Below, in pieces: positions 39,851-52,743 of a DNA stretch of 64,000 bases. The notes under the pieces are model-generated. The model did not search any database. It was given only the letters and a program-made list of their open reading frames with translations, and was not told where the DNA came from. Position numbers and translations under genes: made by a program. This DNA comes from the human T2T-CHM13v2.0 reference genome, Homo sapiens: the NCBI RefSeq assembly GCF_009914755.1, contig NC_060939.1. One strand, 5' to 3'. Positions within the stretch are counted from its first letter, which is position 1. Every line of letters begins with the position of its first letter.

Positions 39851-41459
39851 ACAGTTTTTGTATGTAATGAGTATGTGATATTTTGACAGAAAAATTAGAT
39901 GACTTCCATATTTTCCTTACTTCAAAGACAGCTAAATTGCTTGAGACAAGCAATTCTGAGGGAGAAGTTTTAAGTTAGAATGGAGTATGCCTCCTAAAAT
40001 AGAGTCTTAAAGAATGATTCAAAGACTTCAAGAAATGTCATAAAGATATCAGAGTCAAGAACAGCATCGGGTTATAATAAAAAGAGTCAATTTCCACAAG
40101 CCAAACTAAAACTACTGGATTTTAGTTTTGTGCCCTTAAGCAAGTCAAGTAACCTCTCCAAACTTTGATCTACTGAAGATAATGACACCTCCCTCCATGG
40201 CTAAGCATTGTAACTATTCTTGGAATCAAGCCACAGAATATATATGAACATGTTTTGAAAACTAAGTCAAATGAAAATGCAGGTGGTGATATTATTATAC
40301 CATTACATAGCATAAATCTATAGTTAATTTTAGTAAAATCTAAGAGTAAAACCAATTTTAGATGATCTATCAAGTGGTTTTAACATTGCTAAAATTCATA
40401 AGTCAGCCTCTTGTTCTTCACAGAGGTCTTAGAAAATCACATTAGAAATCAGTCTGAAATTGCCACTAATTACTAAACCCAGTGTGTTGCTTTTAAGGAT
40501 GTTCTTTTGGCATTAGAGTGAATTTATGGACAGATAGAATGTAATAAAACTAAGCAAAATGAGTTAGCAACACCTAATCATATATAAAGAATACTTTGTG
40601 AACAGATTTTTGTTTAGACACTCGAGGTGCGGCACCCTTTAGACTTCATAAATTAGACTTGTGGACATCTAATCAATGTACCAACTTCCCAGCAATATTC
40701 CTAGTTTCTTGTTATACGTATATTTAATGTAATTTTAGCAAAGGACATATTTTTGGCCAAAATACTTCATTTTGTAGGCAACACTTAGAGAAATACAAAA
40801 AAATTTTTTTAGTTTGAACCTTACTCTTTCGTAATGTGTGATAATTTTTACATCTTAGGAGGGTAATAGATTTGTATTAAGGACAAGATAACCCTTTTCC
40901 TCTTCCACCCTACTAACATTTAGGTCAAGTTCTGTTTGTAGCTGAGCAGGTTGGTGATAGTTCATGACAGGTTTTGATAAATTTATTACTTTTTTCCAAT
41001 GAAAAGTCATTAAAGAGCTATTAACTATCAGACACCCTGGTACATTGCTTTGGGAAAATTGAGGCAAAAATGAGGGATTATATTGCCTCATGTTAGATCC
41101 TATAATACATGTCATACAGTATAGTAAGGGTGTTTGTATGCATTGGAGAAGGTATCTGTGATGATCAAATGAGCCTGTGACACAGATGGAGGAGTGCATT
41201 AGCTCCTGTCTGGGAATTTAAAACACTTTTAACTGCATGTAACACTATAGATTTTTATCTTCCTCACGAACTTTCAAAATTAGTGTGAAATTTACTATAC
41301 CTTAAAAAATAGACTAATGCAACTGAGCAGCTTGCATTAGTCTAAATGAACCCCAAAGAGCGTCTGTGTCACTGTGGTGATTTCTTGGCTGACCTGCAGT
41401 CAGTAAACGAGTAGGGGTAGAGGAAGGGTCTGCTCAGATGGGAATCGTATTATTTAATA

Positions 41460-41680
41460 ATAATGTTAACATTTTTAGTACTTTTGATGTTGTGGGCACT
41501 TCTCTAATTATTTCTTATTTAGTCATTATAGCAATATGAGGAAGGTGGTACCATTATCTTATTTGTTAAATGAGGAAACTGAGAAACAGAGAGATTAAAT
41601 AGTTTGCTCAAAGTGCTCCGTGGGGACACGGCACAGCCATGATCTAAAGTAGCCAATCTGACTTAAGTCTTTCCTCTATA
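41460..41680 (-). mobile_element. MIR SINE
   Basis: atgaggaaactgagaaacagagagattaaatagtttgctcaa core. Confidence 0.7.
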
Positions 41681-41844
41681 CCTTCCCCCACCCACAGGGG
41701 ATGATAGAGCTCAGGTGGGCACCAAATGACACACATGACTCCGTCCCATCAAGGATGGAAATGCTCCGTGATTTAACTGATGTTATCCCACTTGAACAGT
41801 ATGATGCGGTATGGTTTGGTAACCATACAGAAATTATTCAAATC

Positions 41845-42151
<307 letters not shown>

Positions 42152-43364
42152 TTATTCAAATCCTAACTGTATGTTTGAGTAAGTCTCGAGTAAGTCGCTT
42201 AGAAGCTCTGAGTCTAGCTTTTTTTTTTCTCTTCTGTCTTTAAAATGAGAATAATATTTTACCTTGCGGGGTTGTTTTCAAGATACAGATTAATCCAAAT
42301 AAGAGACAGAGTAGACCTTAGGAGACACAGAGGAGCAGGTAATTTGTTCAAATAGGAATATGGCTCCTTGCCTTGGTATAGGACACTCGGGTGGTAATGT
42401 GTCAAACGTGGTGGGACAGAAGACGTGAGAAACATTTCAGCTAATGGAAGCTTTTGCTCTAGAATAGCAGTGGTCCTCAATGGCCTTCCTTTATACAGCT
42501 TAACTCTCCATCAATAATTCTAACAAATGTCAAAATTACTCACAGGATTTACTTTCAGAAATCTCTTTTAATCGCAAACAGTTTCCAATTCCAGAAAATT
42601 ACAGACATTGAGTGTAGAGAATCAAGGTAAAAGTCAAATTATTTAAGGACAGAGTTAGATTGCCCTATCAAAGAATGTTGGGCACAGTGGGAAGGTGCCA
42701 AACCCTGGGATGTGATTGCTATAGAGGAAAGGCAGCACAACACAGAGGAAAGAATAGTGAAGTCGGGGTAGGAGGCCTGCGTTTTTGTTCCAGCTCTGCT
42801 GTATGAACTAAGGCAAGTGTTTTGACCTTCCCAGCTTTCCTTTTCATGCTGTGTACAATTTGAGGATCAGTGCTGTTCAAACTGCACTCCCCAACCTCAA
42901 CGACTCTGTAGAGGGTTTCTGAAGGCCGCAATTTTTGTGGAAGCAGTGAAGTGGGACTCTAACCCTGCTGCCTGAATTCAGCTAAAGGAGCTCTGCTTTT
43001 TCAATCATATTGAGTTTCAACATCTTATTTTGTTGGAAAAAAAGTGGGAGGGGGCTTGTTTCTGAGGATAAAAATCAAAACAAAACAATACCTTATAACA
43101 AAAAAACTCATCTTTGAAATGTTAGAATTCTAAGTTGCTTATCTGTAAGCCAGGGTACCTGTATTCTGCTCTCTGTGCATGTGATTAGGAAAATGTTGCA
43201 AAGATTGAAAAAGCAACAGTGCTTATCATCATGTAGCTGGGAATGGGGTCGGGCCATGCCAAGATAGTAAACAGGCAAAGCTTATTCAAGGTTCCTCAGT
43301 AGCTCATTTCTGGAATACCCTCTTACCTGTCCCCTTTGAAGGTGGACTGTTCCCATTCTCAGAC

Positions 43365-44895
<1,531 letters not shown>

Positions 44896-45169
44896 TGTGA
44901 CTCAGGCTTCTTAATGTTCTCTCTACTCTCCCTCCAAGTCCTGAGGGATATCCTGATAAACCATTTATACCAAAGTACAATGTGCCTGATAAGCCTTAAA
45001 ACCTAGGGGCCCAGTGGTGAGACTTGCATTTCAACAAAGACCAAAATTTTAAATAAAAGAAATAAAGCTCTAATAATAAAAACTAGTATAGATTATTCTT
45101 GAGTAGGGGAGTTCTTCAAACATACTACATAGGTCACCACCTATTTCCCTAAGATTGGTCCTCCTGGGC

Positions 45170-45400
45170 ACAGTAGTATAGAATAGTGTTTATGAGAAAG
45201 GGCTCTAAAACCGGTCACGTTGGTTGCAATGCTGGCTGCATCACTTCCAAGCTATGTGGCTTTGGACTAGATACTCAGGCTCTCGTATTCTTCATTTGTA
45301 AAATGGGAATTCATAACAGTATCTACCACAAGTTTACTATCAAACATTAATGTAATCTATAAAAAGCACTCAAGACAATGCCTGGCATATAATAGACATT
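45170..45400 (+). mobile_element. MIR SINE
   Basis: gctatgtggctttgg...ttcttcatttgtaaaatggga...aaagcact...tgcctggcatataa. Confidence 0.65.
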
Positions 45401-47173
45401 AAAAATGGAAAAACATATGTAAGAGCTGTTTGGTAAACAGCTTAGAAGAATAATTAAGGACTAAATATCATGGTTCAGACTATATAGACTGTAAGGACTA
45501 TAATGAAAAGAAAAGATGACAAGTTAAATAACTTTTGTGGAAAACATGAGTCTCGATTTCTCATTTGAATGATTTGGAACAGATTAGGTGGAGGACATTC
45601 TAGACAGAGTGAAGAACAAGAATAAAACAATGGAAGAATACACGTGTGCATCCACGGTACCATGAAGTGGCCTAGAGCAGAGGGTATACAATCATTCATC
45701 GGGAGAAGGAGGAGAAGAAAATGATATTTAAGGGAAATTAGATGGGATATTTAAGGGAAATTAAATCAATGGGAAGGTTTGAAATGGTGGAGGATATTAC
45801 TTTAGGGGGCCGGTAAACTGCTGTAGTATTCTATGTCTAAAATAAGGAGAATGTAAATTATTATAGTAAAATAATTTTAGAGTTAGGCGATTTGGGCAAC
45901 TACTTCAGCATCTCTGAGGCTCAACATTCAGCATTCCTGATCATAAACTGAGATACTATCCTTACAAGATTACCATGAAGATTATTTGAGATAAACCACA
46001 CAAAAGGACTTTGTAGATCCTAAGTGCTATGGAAATATTAGTACTCAGTGCCATTGTTTACTCTTAAACAAAAGTAGCAGCAATGGGAATGAATAAAGTA
46101 TGTATGTGGGTTGTAGTTGGGTGAAGAAATTCACAAAATAACTGATTAGCTAGAATTAAAGAGTATGCTTGAGTCATTTGACTTTCATTCTTGGGAGAAA
46201 GGGATCTTTCTGTTTGTTTTTAAAAAATAGTATATTAGCTTAGGATAAACCTTTTAATCACTTTCTGATTTGATCATTTTTGTTGAAATATTTTAATATT
46301 TACTGGTTTATTGCTTTTGCCTTAAAGTAAGGCAAAAAACTAACAGTTCCCCCAAACATTATTTAATGTGTTACTGTGTTCCAGCAATTCTCACTGTCAG
46401 AGTCATCCCTGTGATCATCAGTCACATTATATACACATCCTTTTACTCCTTCATGTGGAAAGGATATATAAAACAGGTATAAATCTTCATTGACCTGATA
46501 AAGACATTCTAGAGGATGCTTTTTAAAATTTAATCTTTAATATCAACCTATTTGCTCATCACCTGCCTTGTCCCAACTTGTTCCACCTCGACATGCTCCC
46601 CTTTATCAATCCTTGTGGCTCCTCACACGCTATTGGTGTATCTGGCTTGCCCTTCCATCTCCAGCTACTCTGGTTTTCTTCTTTGCTGTGTTTGGAGGAG
46701 CCTGCTTATAAAGTTACTTGGTCGGTGTGCTGCTCAATGCTGTTTTGCACAGGGGCCCTCTTGCTCAGTTGCACCTTTTCTGCACTTTGTGAGGGTTGCT
46801 TCCTTCTCTGTTGCAGTGATTCTGCCCTCCTACCTGCTGGGAAGCTTCTTTGAGTCAGCTACTTTTCAAATCACCAAGAATTTACTGTTGAACAGATATG
46901 TGGTGAACCATATTTATGTATCACCCTTTTATGTATTTTGAAAGAATTTCTTTTAAATCAGCAATTATAGGGCATTTACTGATGAGGTGCTGTTGTATTG
47001 AAAAGCAGAGGCTTTCTTTCTATGTTCTTGTAGGAAAATAATTCTAATCCTAACACAGTCCAGGACACGTAACACAACTTAATGCAAATGAAGGAGCAGT
47101 TAAGACTAAGGTTATTCTATTAGTCTAGGATTAAGCAAATAACAGTAAAGAGAAAGTCAAAAAGTCAAGTGAT

Positions 47174-47617
47174 TCAATAGCAAAGACATGGAATCAACCC
47201 AAATGCCCATCAAAAATAGATTGGATAAAGAAAATGTGGTACATATACACTATGGAATACTATGAAGCCATAAAAAGGAATGACGTCATGTTCTTTGCAG
47301 GGACATGGATGAAGGTGGAAGCCATTATCCTTAGCAAACTGATGCAGGAACAGAAAACCAAACACTGCATCTTCTCACTCATAAGTGGGAGCTATACAAT
47401 GAGGACACGTGGACTCAGGGAGGGGAACAGCACACACTGGAACCTGTTGCAGGGTGGGTTGTGGGGAGGTAGAGCATTAGGAAAAGTAGCGAAATGTGTG
47501 CTAGGCTTAATACCTATGTAATGGGTTGACAGGTGTAGCAAACCAGCATGGCACACATTTATCTATGTAACAAACCTGCACATCCAGCCCATGTAACCCA
47601 GAACCAAAAATAACAAG
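47174..47617 (+). mobile_element. L1PA (older, ~PA13-16) 3' end
   Basis: ORF2 C-terminus MWYIYTMEYYEAIKRNDVMFFAGTWMKVEAIILSKL plus 3'UTR. Confidence 0.88.
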
Positions 47618-47819
47618 AAAAGCCAGGTAATAAGCATATTTCTATACCAAAGACAGGAATACAGATCAGAATAAGGGCCAGTGAGACAAGCGTGAGTCCT
47701 GAGGCCAGGACTTGGGGAGGTGAACTCCTTGGGCTGTACCATAAGAGGTCCTGTCCCTTTGTCTTCTTTGTCTGTCTTGAAAGTTAACCTCTAAATATCC
47801 AGCTCACCTGGGTATTTAG

Positions 47820-47881
47820 TACTTTACTGCCTTTAATAAGGAACATAAAATACTTTACTGCATTTAGTAAGGAACATAAAA
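47820..47881. repeat. 31-bp tandem duplication (2 mismatches)
   Basis: tactttactgc(c/a)ttta(a/g)taaggaacataaaa x2. Confidence 0.85.
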
Positions 47882-48069
47882 TTGTTTGTTGATCTGAAAA
47901 TGCTTTAACTTAATTCTGGTAATGATTTAGCAATAAATTTTTGACTGTTTAAAAGTTCATTATCTCCTTTAGCTCACTAGGGTATTAAATAGTTCTCTTA
48001 AAAATGAATATGTTAACATATCTGCAAAACATATTTCCCATTAAACACTAATATTAGTTTCCGAGTTTA

Positions 48070-48290
48070 CACACTTTCTGTTCAAATCTGGGGTTCGGAG
48101 TCAAGGCTGTGTTTCATGTTAATCGCATGACCTTAAGCAAGTTTTCAGAAACTAAAGCTTGAGTCACTTTATCTGGAAATTAAAAATACTTATTTTTTAC
48201 AATTATTGTGAGAATGAAATGAGATAAACTTTAGAAAATTGCATACACAGTGCTTGGTACATAGTAAATAATAATTGAATGTTATTACTA
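48070..48290 (+). mobile_element. MIR SINE
   Basis: atgaccttaagcaagtt...attgtgagaatgaaatgagataa...cacagtgcttggtacatagtaa. Confidence 0.65.
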
Positions 48291-49354
48291 AGGCTTCCTA
48301 TAACCGCATAGTCTATTGTTTTAATCTCTTTCAAAGACTTTCTTTCCAAAGTCTTAAATCTTATCCCTAAAGTTCATTAATGAAGACAATGTGTAGTTAT
48401 TTAACTAAAGTTAAAATATCTAGAGAGTAAGTTGGAGCTTTGGAATTCAAGTAGTTGAGATGATGTTATCTTTGCGTTCACCCTCCAGCTACCTCTCATC
48501 TACCTTGAGTTTTTCCTGATTTGAGCTATTTTACTTTAAAAAAATGAACTTCAGAGAGAGGAGTAGGTATGTGGGTTTGTATGGGCTGGGTGTAAGGGTT
48601 TGTGTCAGTTACCACTGGTAACATTCACTTTACGTACAAATGATTGTTTCATAGACTCCAGGACTAGGACCAAACTACCTTTTTGCTTTGTTTAGCTGTG
48701 CAGTTTTTGGTTGTATCTCTTTATCTCTTTGAATCTCTTATCTCCTCATATAATAGGCATAATAATGCCTTTTTTAAAGAGTTTCTGGGAGGATTACGGA
48801 GATAATTTAAGTTTCTGAAACATAACAGGTGATCATTAAATGTCATCTTCCTTTCCTATCTCAGTCACTTGTCTGAAGGAAGTTCCACAGCTGGTATTTT
48901 GGACTCACCAACTCTTTCCCTAAAGCATCTATGGTTTTATGATGGGATTGTATCACACACACATACAGTAGGAGCTCAGTAACTAGGAAGGTGAGATTTC
49001 AATATTAGGAAATTGTTACTGGATCATAGAGATAAAAGGTATCTTCCCTTTCACTTCTGACTGCTTCTTTAGAATGCTTTTGTTCTTCCTCTTTCATTCT
49101 CCAACCTAGCAGAATTCTTAGATTGCCCCCCACTATATCATAATTTTCACATCAGATACCACCTGATTAGTCTTCTGTAATTGCTTCTTGAACTTTTTCA
49201 CTACTCTTCTCAGCACTAGTAATTAATATTTACTGGGCTTTGCTATCTTCTAGACATTGCTCCAAAAATTTACATGTATTAACTTATTTAAACCTTACAA
49301 CTATCCTATGAGGAAATGCTATTTCTGTCCCAATATAATTAATGTACAAGATAA

Positions 49355-49644
<290 letters not shown>

Positions 49645-50009
49645 AGGAAGTAACTTTCTTATGACCACACAGCTAGTGTATCACAGAGTTGGGATTCCAT
49701 TGCAGGTAATCTGGATCAAGGGACTGTGCTGAAAGCCAATAACCATTAGTGCCTACTCCTCAAATGGGATTTCTTAAATTTCAAAACTGTCTACCTTCTG
49801 ATTGTATTTTGTCAATCCTCTGCTCCCCATCAGAGGCATCCCTCTCTGGACAAAGTGGATGCTTCTCCACCTTTGCACATGACATGAATGTCTCAGATGC
49901 TTCCCTTCTGCTCACACTGCTTCTCCTTCTCTGGATTGTGTAAGGCCCAGTGCAGCCAGTTTAGGCTTACTGGAACCTATATTGTTTATGTTTTAGTTCA
50001 TGGTTTTAT

Positions 50010-50930
50010 TACTTTCATTCATTTACATGATCACCTATCTGACAAACAGTATGAGTCTATTATGTATAAAGGAATATAAAAATTTAAAGTTAAATAGAAT
50101 ATGGCTCCTGCTCTTCAAGAGTTTATAGTCAGATAGGAGAGGCAGACATGCAGATAAAATATTTAACGTAAATAATTATGGTATTTTGAGAGTACAATGC
50201 AGGAGCACAGAGGAGGAAGTGCTGTATGCTGAGGAGGTAAAATGAGCTGATGTTGATCCTTGGCTGGGTCTCAAATATATAGATATTCTATAGATATTTA
50301 TGAAAGAGACATGTGAATAGAGAGGGGAAGGGGAAAGGAATCGGAGGAAGAAGGAACAGCATGGAAAAAGGCCCTTTAGTGAGGTAAAAATATGGTAATC
50401 AGGGAACTGCTACTACTTCACCATTGCTGAGGCAGATGTGCTTATGGGAGTGACAGAAAATAAGGCTGCTAAAATAACGTTTCAAGAAGGAGGACATATA
50501 TTTTTAATTGTATGAATTTTAGAAATTTAGGATTTGAAAAAAGAGTCAAATTATCATTAGGAAGACCACGTCGGATACAATTGCCATAGTCTAGATGAGA
50601 AATGACAGTGTTCCTTACTAAGGCATTACTATGTCACCTCAGGTATGAACATGGGATGGATGACACATGATCTAGAATGACTCCTGGGTATATGCTGTGG
50701 GCAAGTGGATGATTATGATGACATTATTGAGATTAGTAATTCAGGAAAATTGCTAGGTTCTGGATGGGGTTTAATTTGGGGCAACTAGGTGGAGATACTA
50801 AGTGGCTGAAATGTGGCCAATTCTTCGATAAAGAGTGGCTAGGAGAGAGATGAGCTCAGTTTGGGTGGTTGCTGAAATGGTTTTGGAGTTTAAACATAAT
50901 TTTTACAGATAGTGAGGGCTGGATAATGAA
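50010..50930 (-). mobile_element. L2 LINE
   Basis: tcattcattt...atggctcctgctcttcaagagtttatagtc.gataggagaggcagaca... purine-rich L2 body. Confidence 0.65.
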
Positions 50931-52487
50931 TGATATTCTGGCTAGAGAGGACATAAAAGTTACTGGGGCATGAAAGAGTGTGGAGCCCTTAGTGAATAAC
51001 AGGTTGTTCTCTGTGGTTGGAATACGAGCAAGTGAGTTCGTGTGTGCAACTGTGGACACCTGTTCCTGAGTTTGCATTTGGTGGGCTTCATTTCGCATTG
51101 AACTTTCCCGCTCAAACTTTTTCTAACAATTGTTGCCTAGAACAGTAGCTTTGAACCAGTAATGCCAGTCAGGAAATTTAGATTTGAAAACATCAGAGGC
51201 ATTAACAGAATTGCTACTTTGATTTAAACAAAAAGAACCATCTGTTTCTAAGTTTGGAAGACCAAAGATTTTGGATTGAGTGATGGGTAGAAAATTTTAT
51301 TCGACTAAAATTAGTTTAAAAATAATTTATCTACCTGATTGCAGCTTAACTTTCCAAAGCCTTTTCTTCACAGGGAGATGTCACATAGGAGTATAAAAAA
51401 TGCTTTTTAAATTAACTCAAAAGTAAATTTCTTGACATTTTTATTAGTAGAAAATAGGTCCTGGTTTGTGTTTGTGAATGAATACCAAATTGTTTCAGAG
51501 CAGAAGAGTTATACCCTGATAGTATTTGAAACCCAGAAAGACTTGGACTTCTTTAGAGTTCATCTCTTTCGCTCCATCTTTTCTCCTCCTCTTCTATGCT
51601 CCCCTTGTCTCTTGTGGAGCTTGGCTCCTGGCCAGAACATGTATCCCCAAATCCCCTGCAGAGCCTGATTGAAATGCAACTGGCAGATTTCCAAGTGGAG
51701 AGAGCTGATAAAAGAGCAGATTTCTGAGACAATCTGTAGTTTATGATGTGTTCTTTAATGAATTAAGTAGATTATCTTCCCAAACACATACTGGAATACC
51801 AACAAAGCCTTTTGACTGTTACTATTATTCTGGGTTACATTTCACTGATAAAATATTAAGTTCAATTCAGCAAAACTTTGAGTTCCTACTAATATGAGGC
51901 CCTGTGCTGGCAAACCAGCAAAATTAAATGTAAACGTTATTTTCTTTTTCTTCACATAATTCAAGAAACTAGTCATCATAGAGATTATTTATTTATGTGG
52001 TCAGAAAAAGATTATTTGAATGAATCAAAAGAGGTTATATATATATAGATAATATTAATTTGTGAATTTTGAATATCTTGGATGTGAGGGGAATATACAT
52101 AGATTTAAATCCTTACATTTGTGTAAGTAAACATGATATTAGGAAAGAAAGTAGAGTAGAAATGACTTTATGAAGTCAATATGGCTGTATAAATTGACTG
52201 TCGTATTACTCAATGTTTTCTAAATAATCATAATTACCTTTTATTACTATTTCAGTTGTGTCCACCCATAAATGATTTATCAAAAAACATTATAAACATA
52301 GTTATTGGTAGTGATTTGCTTTCAGTAGTTATTTTAAAAGTAAATTTACATTGAAATTCATATATTCTCCTACTTCCTCTGCAATTTTTCACACATTGTG
52401 TATTATGAATACTTTTGAAACGTGTTGGAAATGGAAGAAATCTAGAATTGAATTCTGATATTTATTTTAACATTCATTTCTTTTTAG

Positions 52488-52743
52488 ACACTACATGGAG
52501 TTATGTGGAAATGAGAGAGATTCATGAAACCCCTCCTCCAGGAAAGAATGTCTTTCACAGATGGAGCTTTGCTTCTGGTTTGCACAGGACAGCGACAATG
52601 TGGCAGAGCCATGCCTGCCCTTCCTGCTCTTTCCAGTGATTCACAGAACTTCTGAACAGTGATGCTTGCCTTGGATTTTCAGGTTTTCATCCTGATACTT
52701 GTTTACTTTTCTGGGGCAGAAAAGCTTGCACTAATTGCTCTCC
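52488..52743 (+). other. UNC13C: 5'UTR portion (256 nt) of the giant exon
   Basis: Pyrimidine tract and AG acceptor ttttaacattcatttctttttag|AC ending at 52487; non-repetitive sequence up to the ATG. Confidence 0.8.

Noticed and set aside
52576-52596. REST/RE1-like GGACAGCGAC in the 5'UTR
   Set aside because: Only the right half-site matches; the TTCAGCACC left half is absent.
52735-52743. ORF-track start at TTG (MLS extension)
   Set aside because: Artefact of allowing alternative starts; the first ATG is at 52744 and matches the recognised N-terminus MVANFF.
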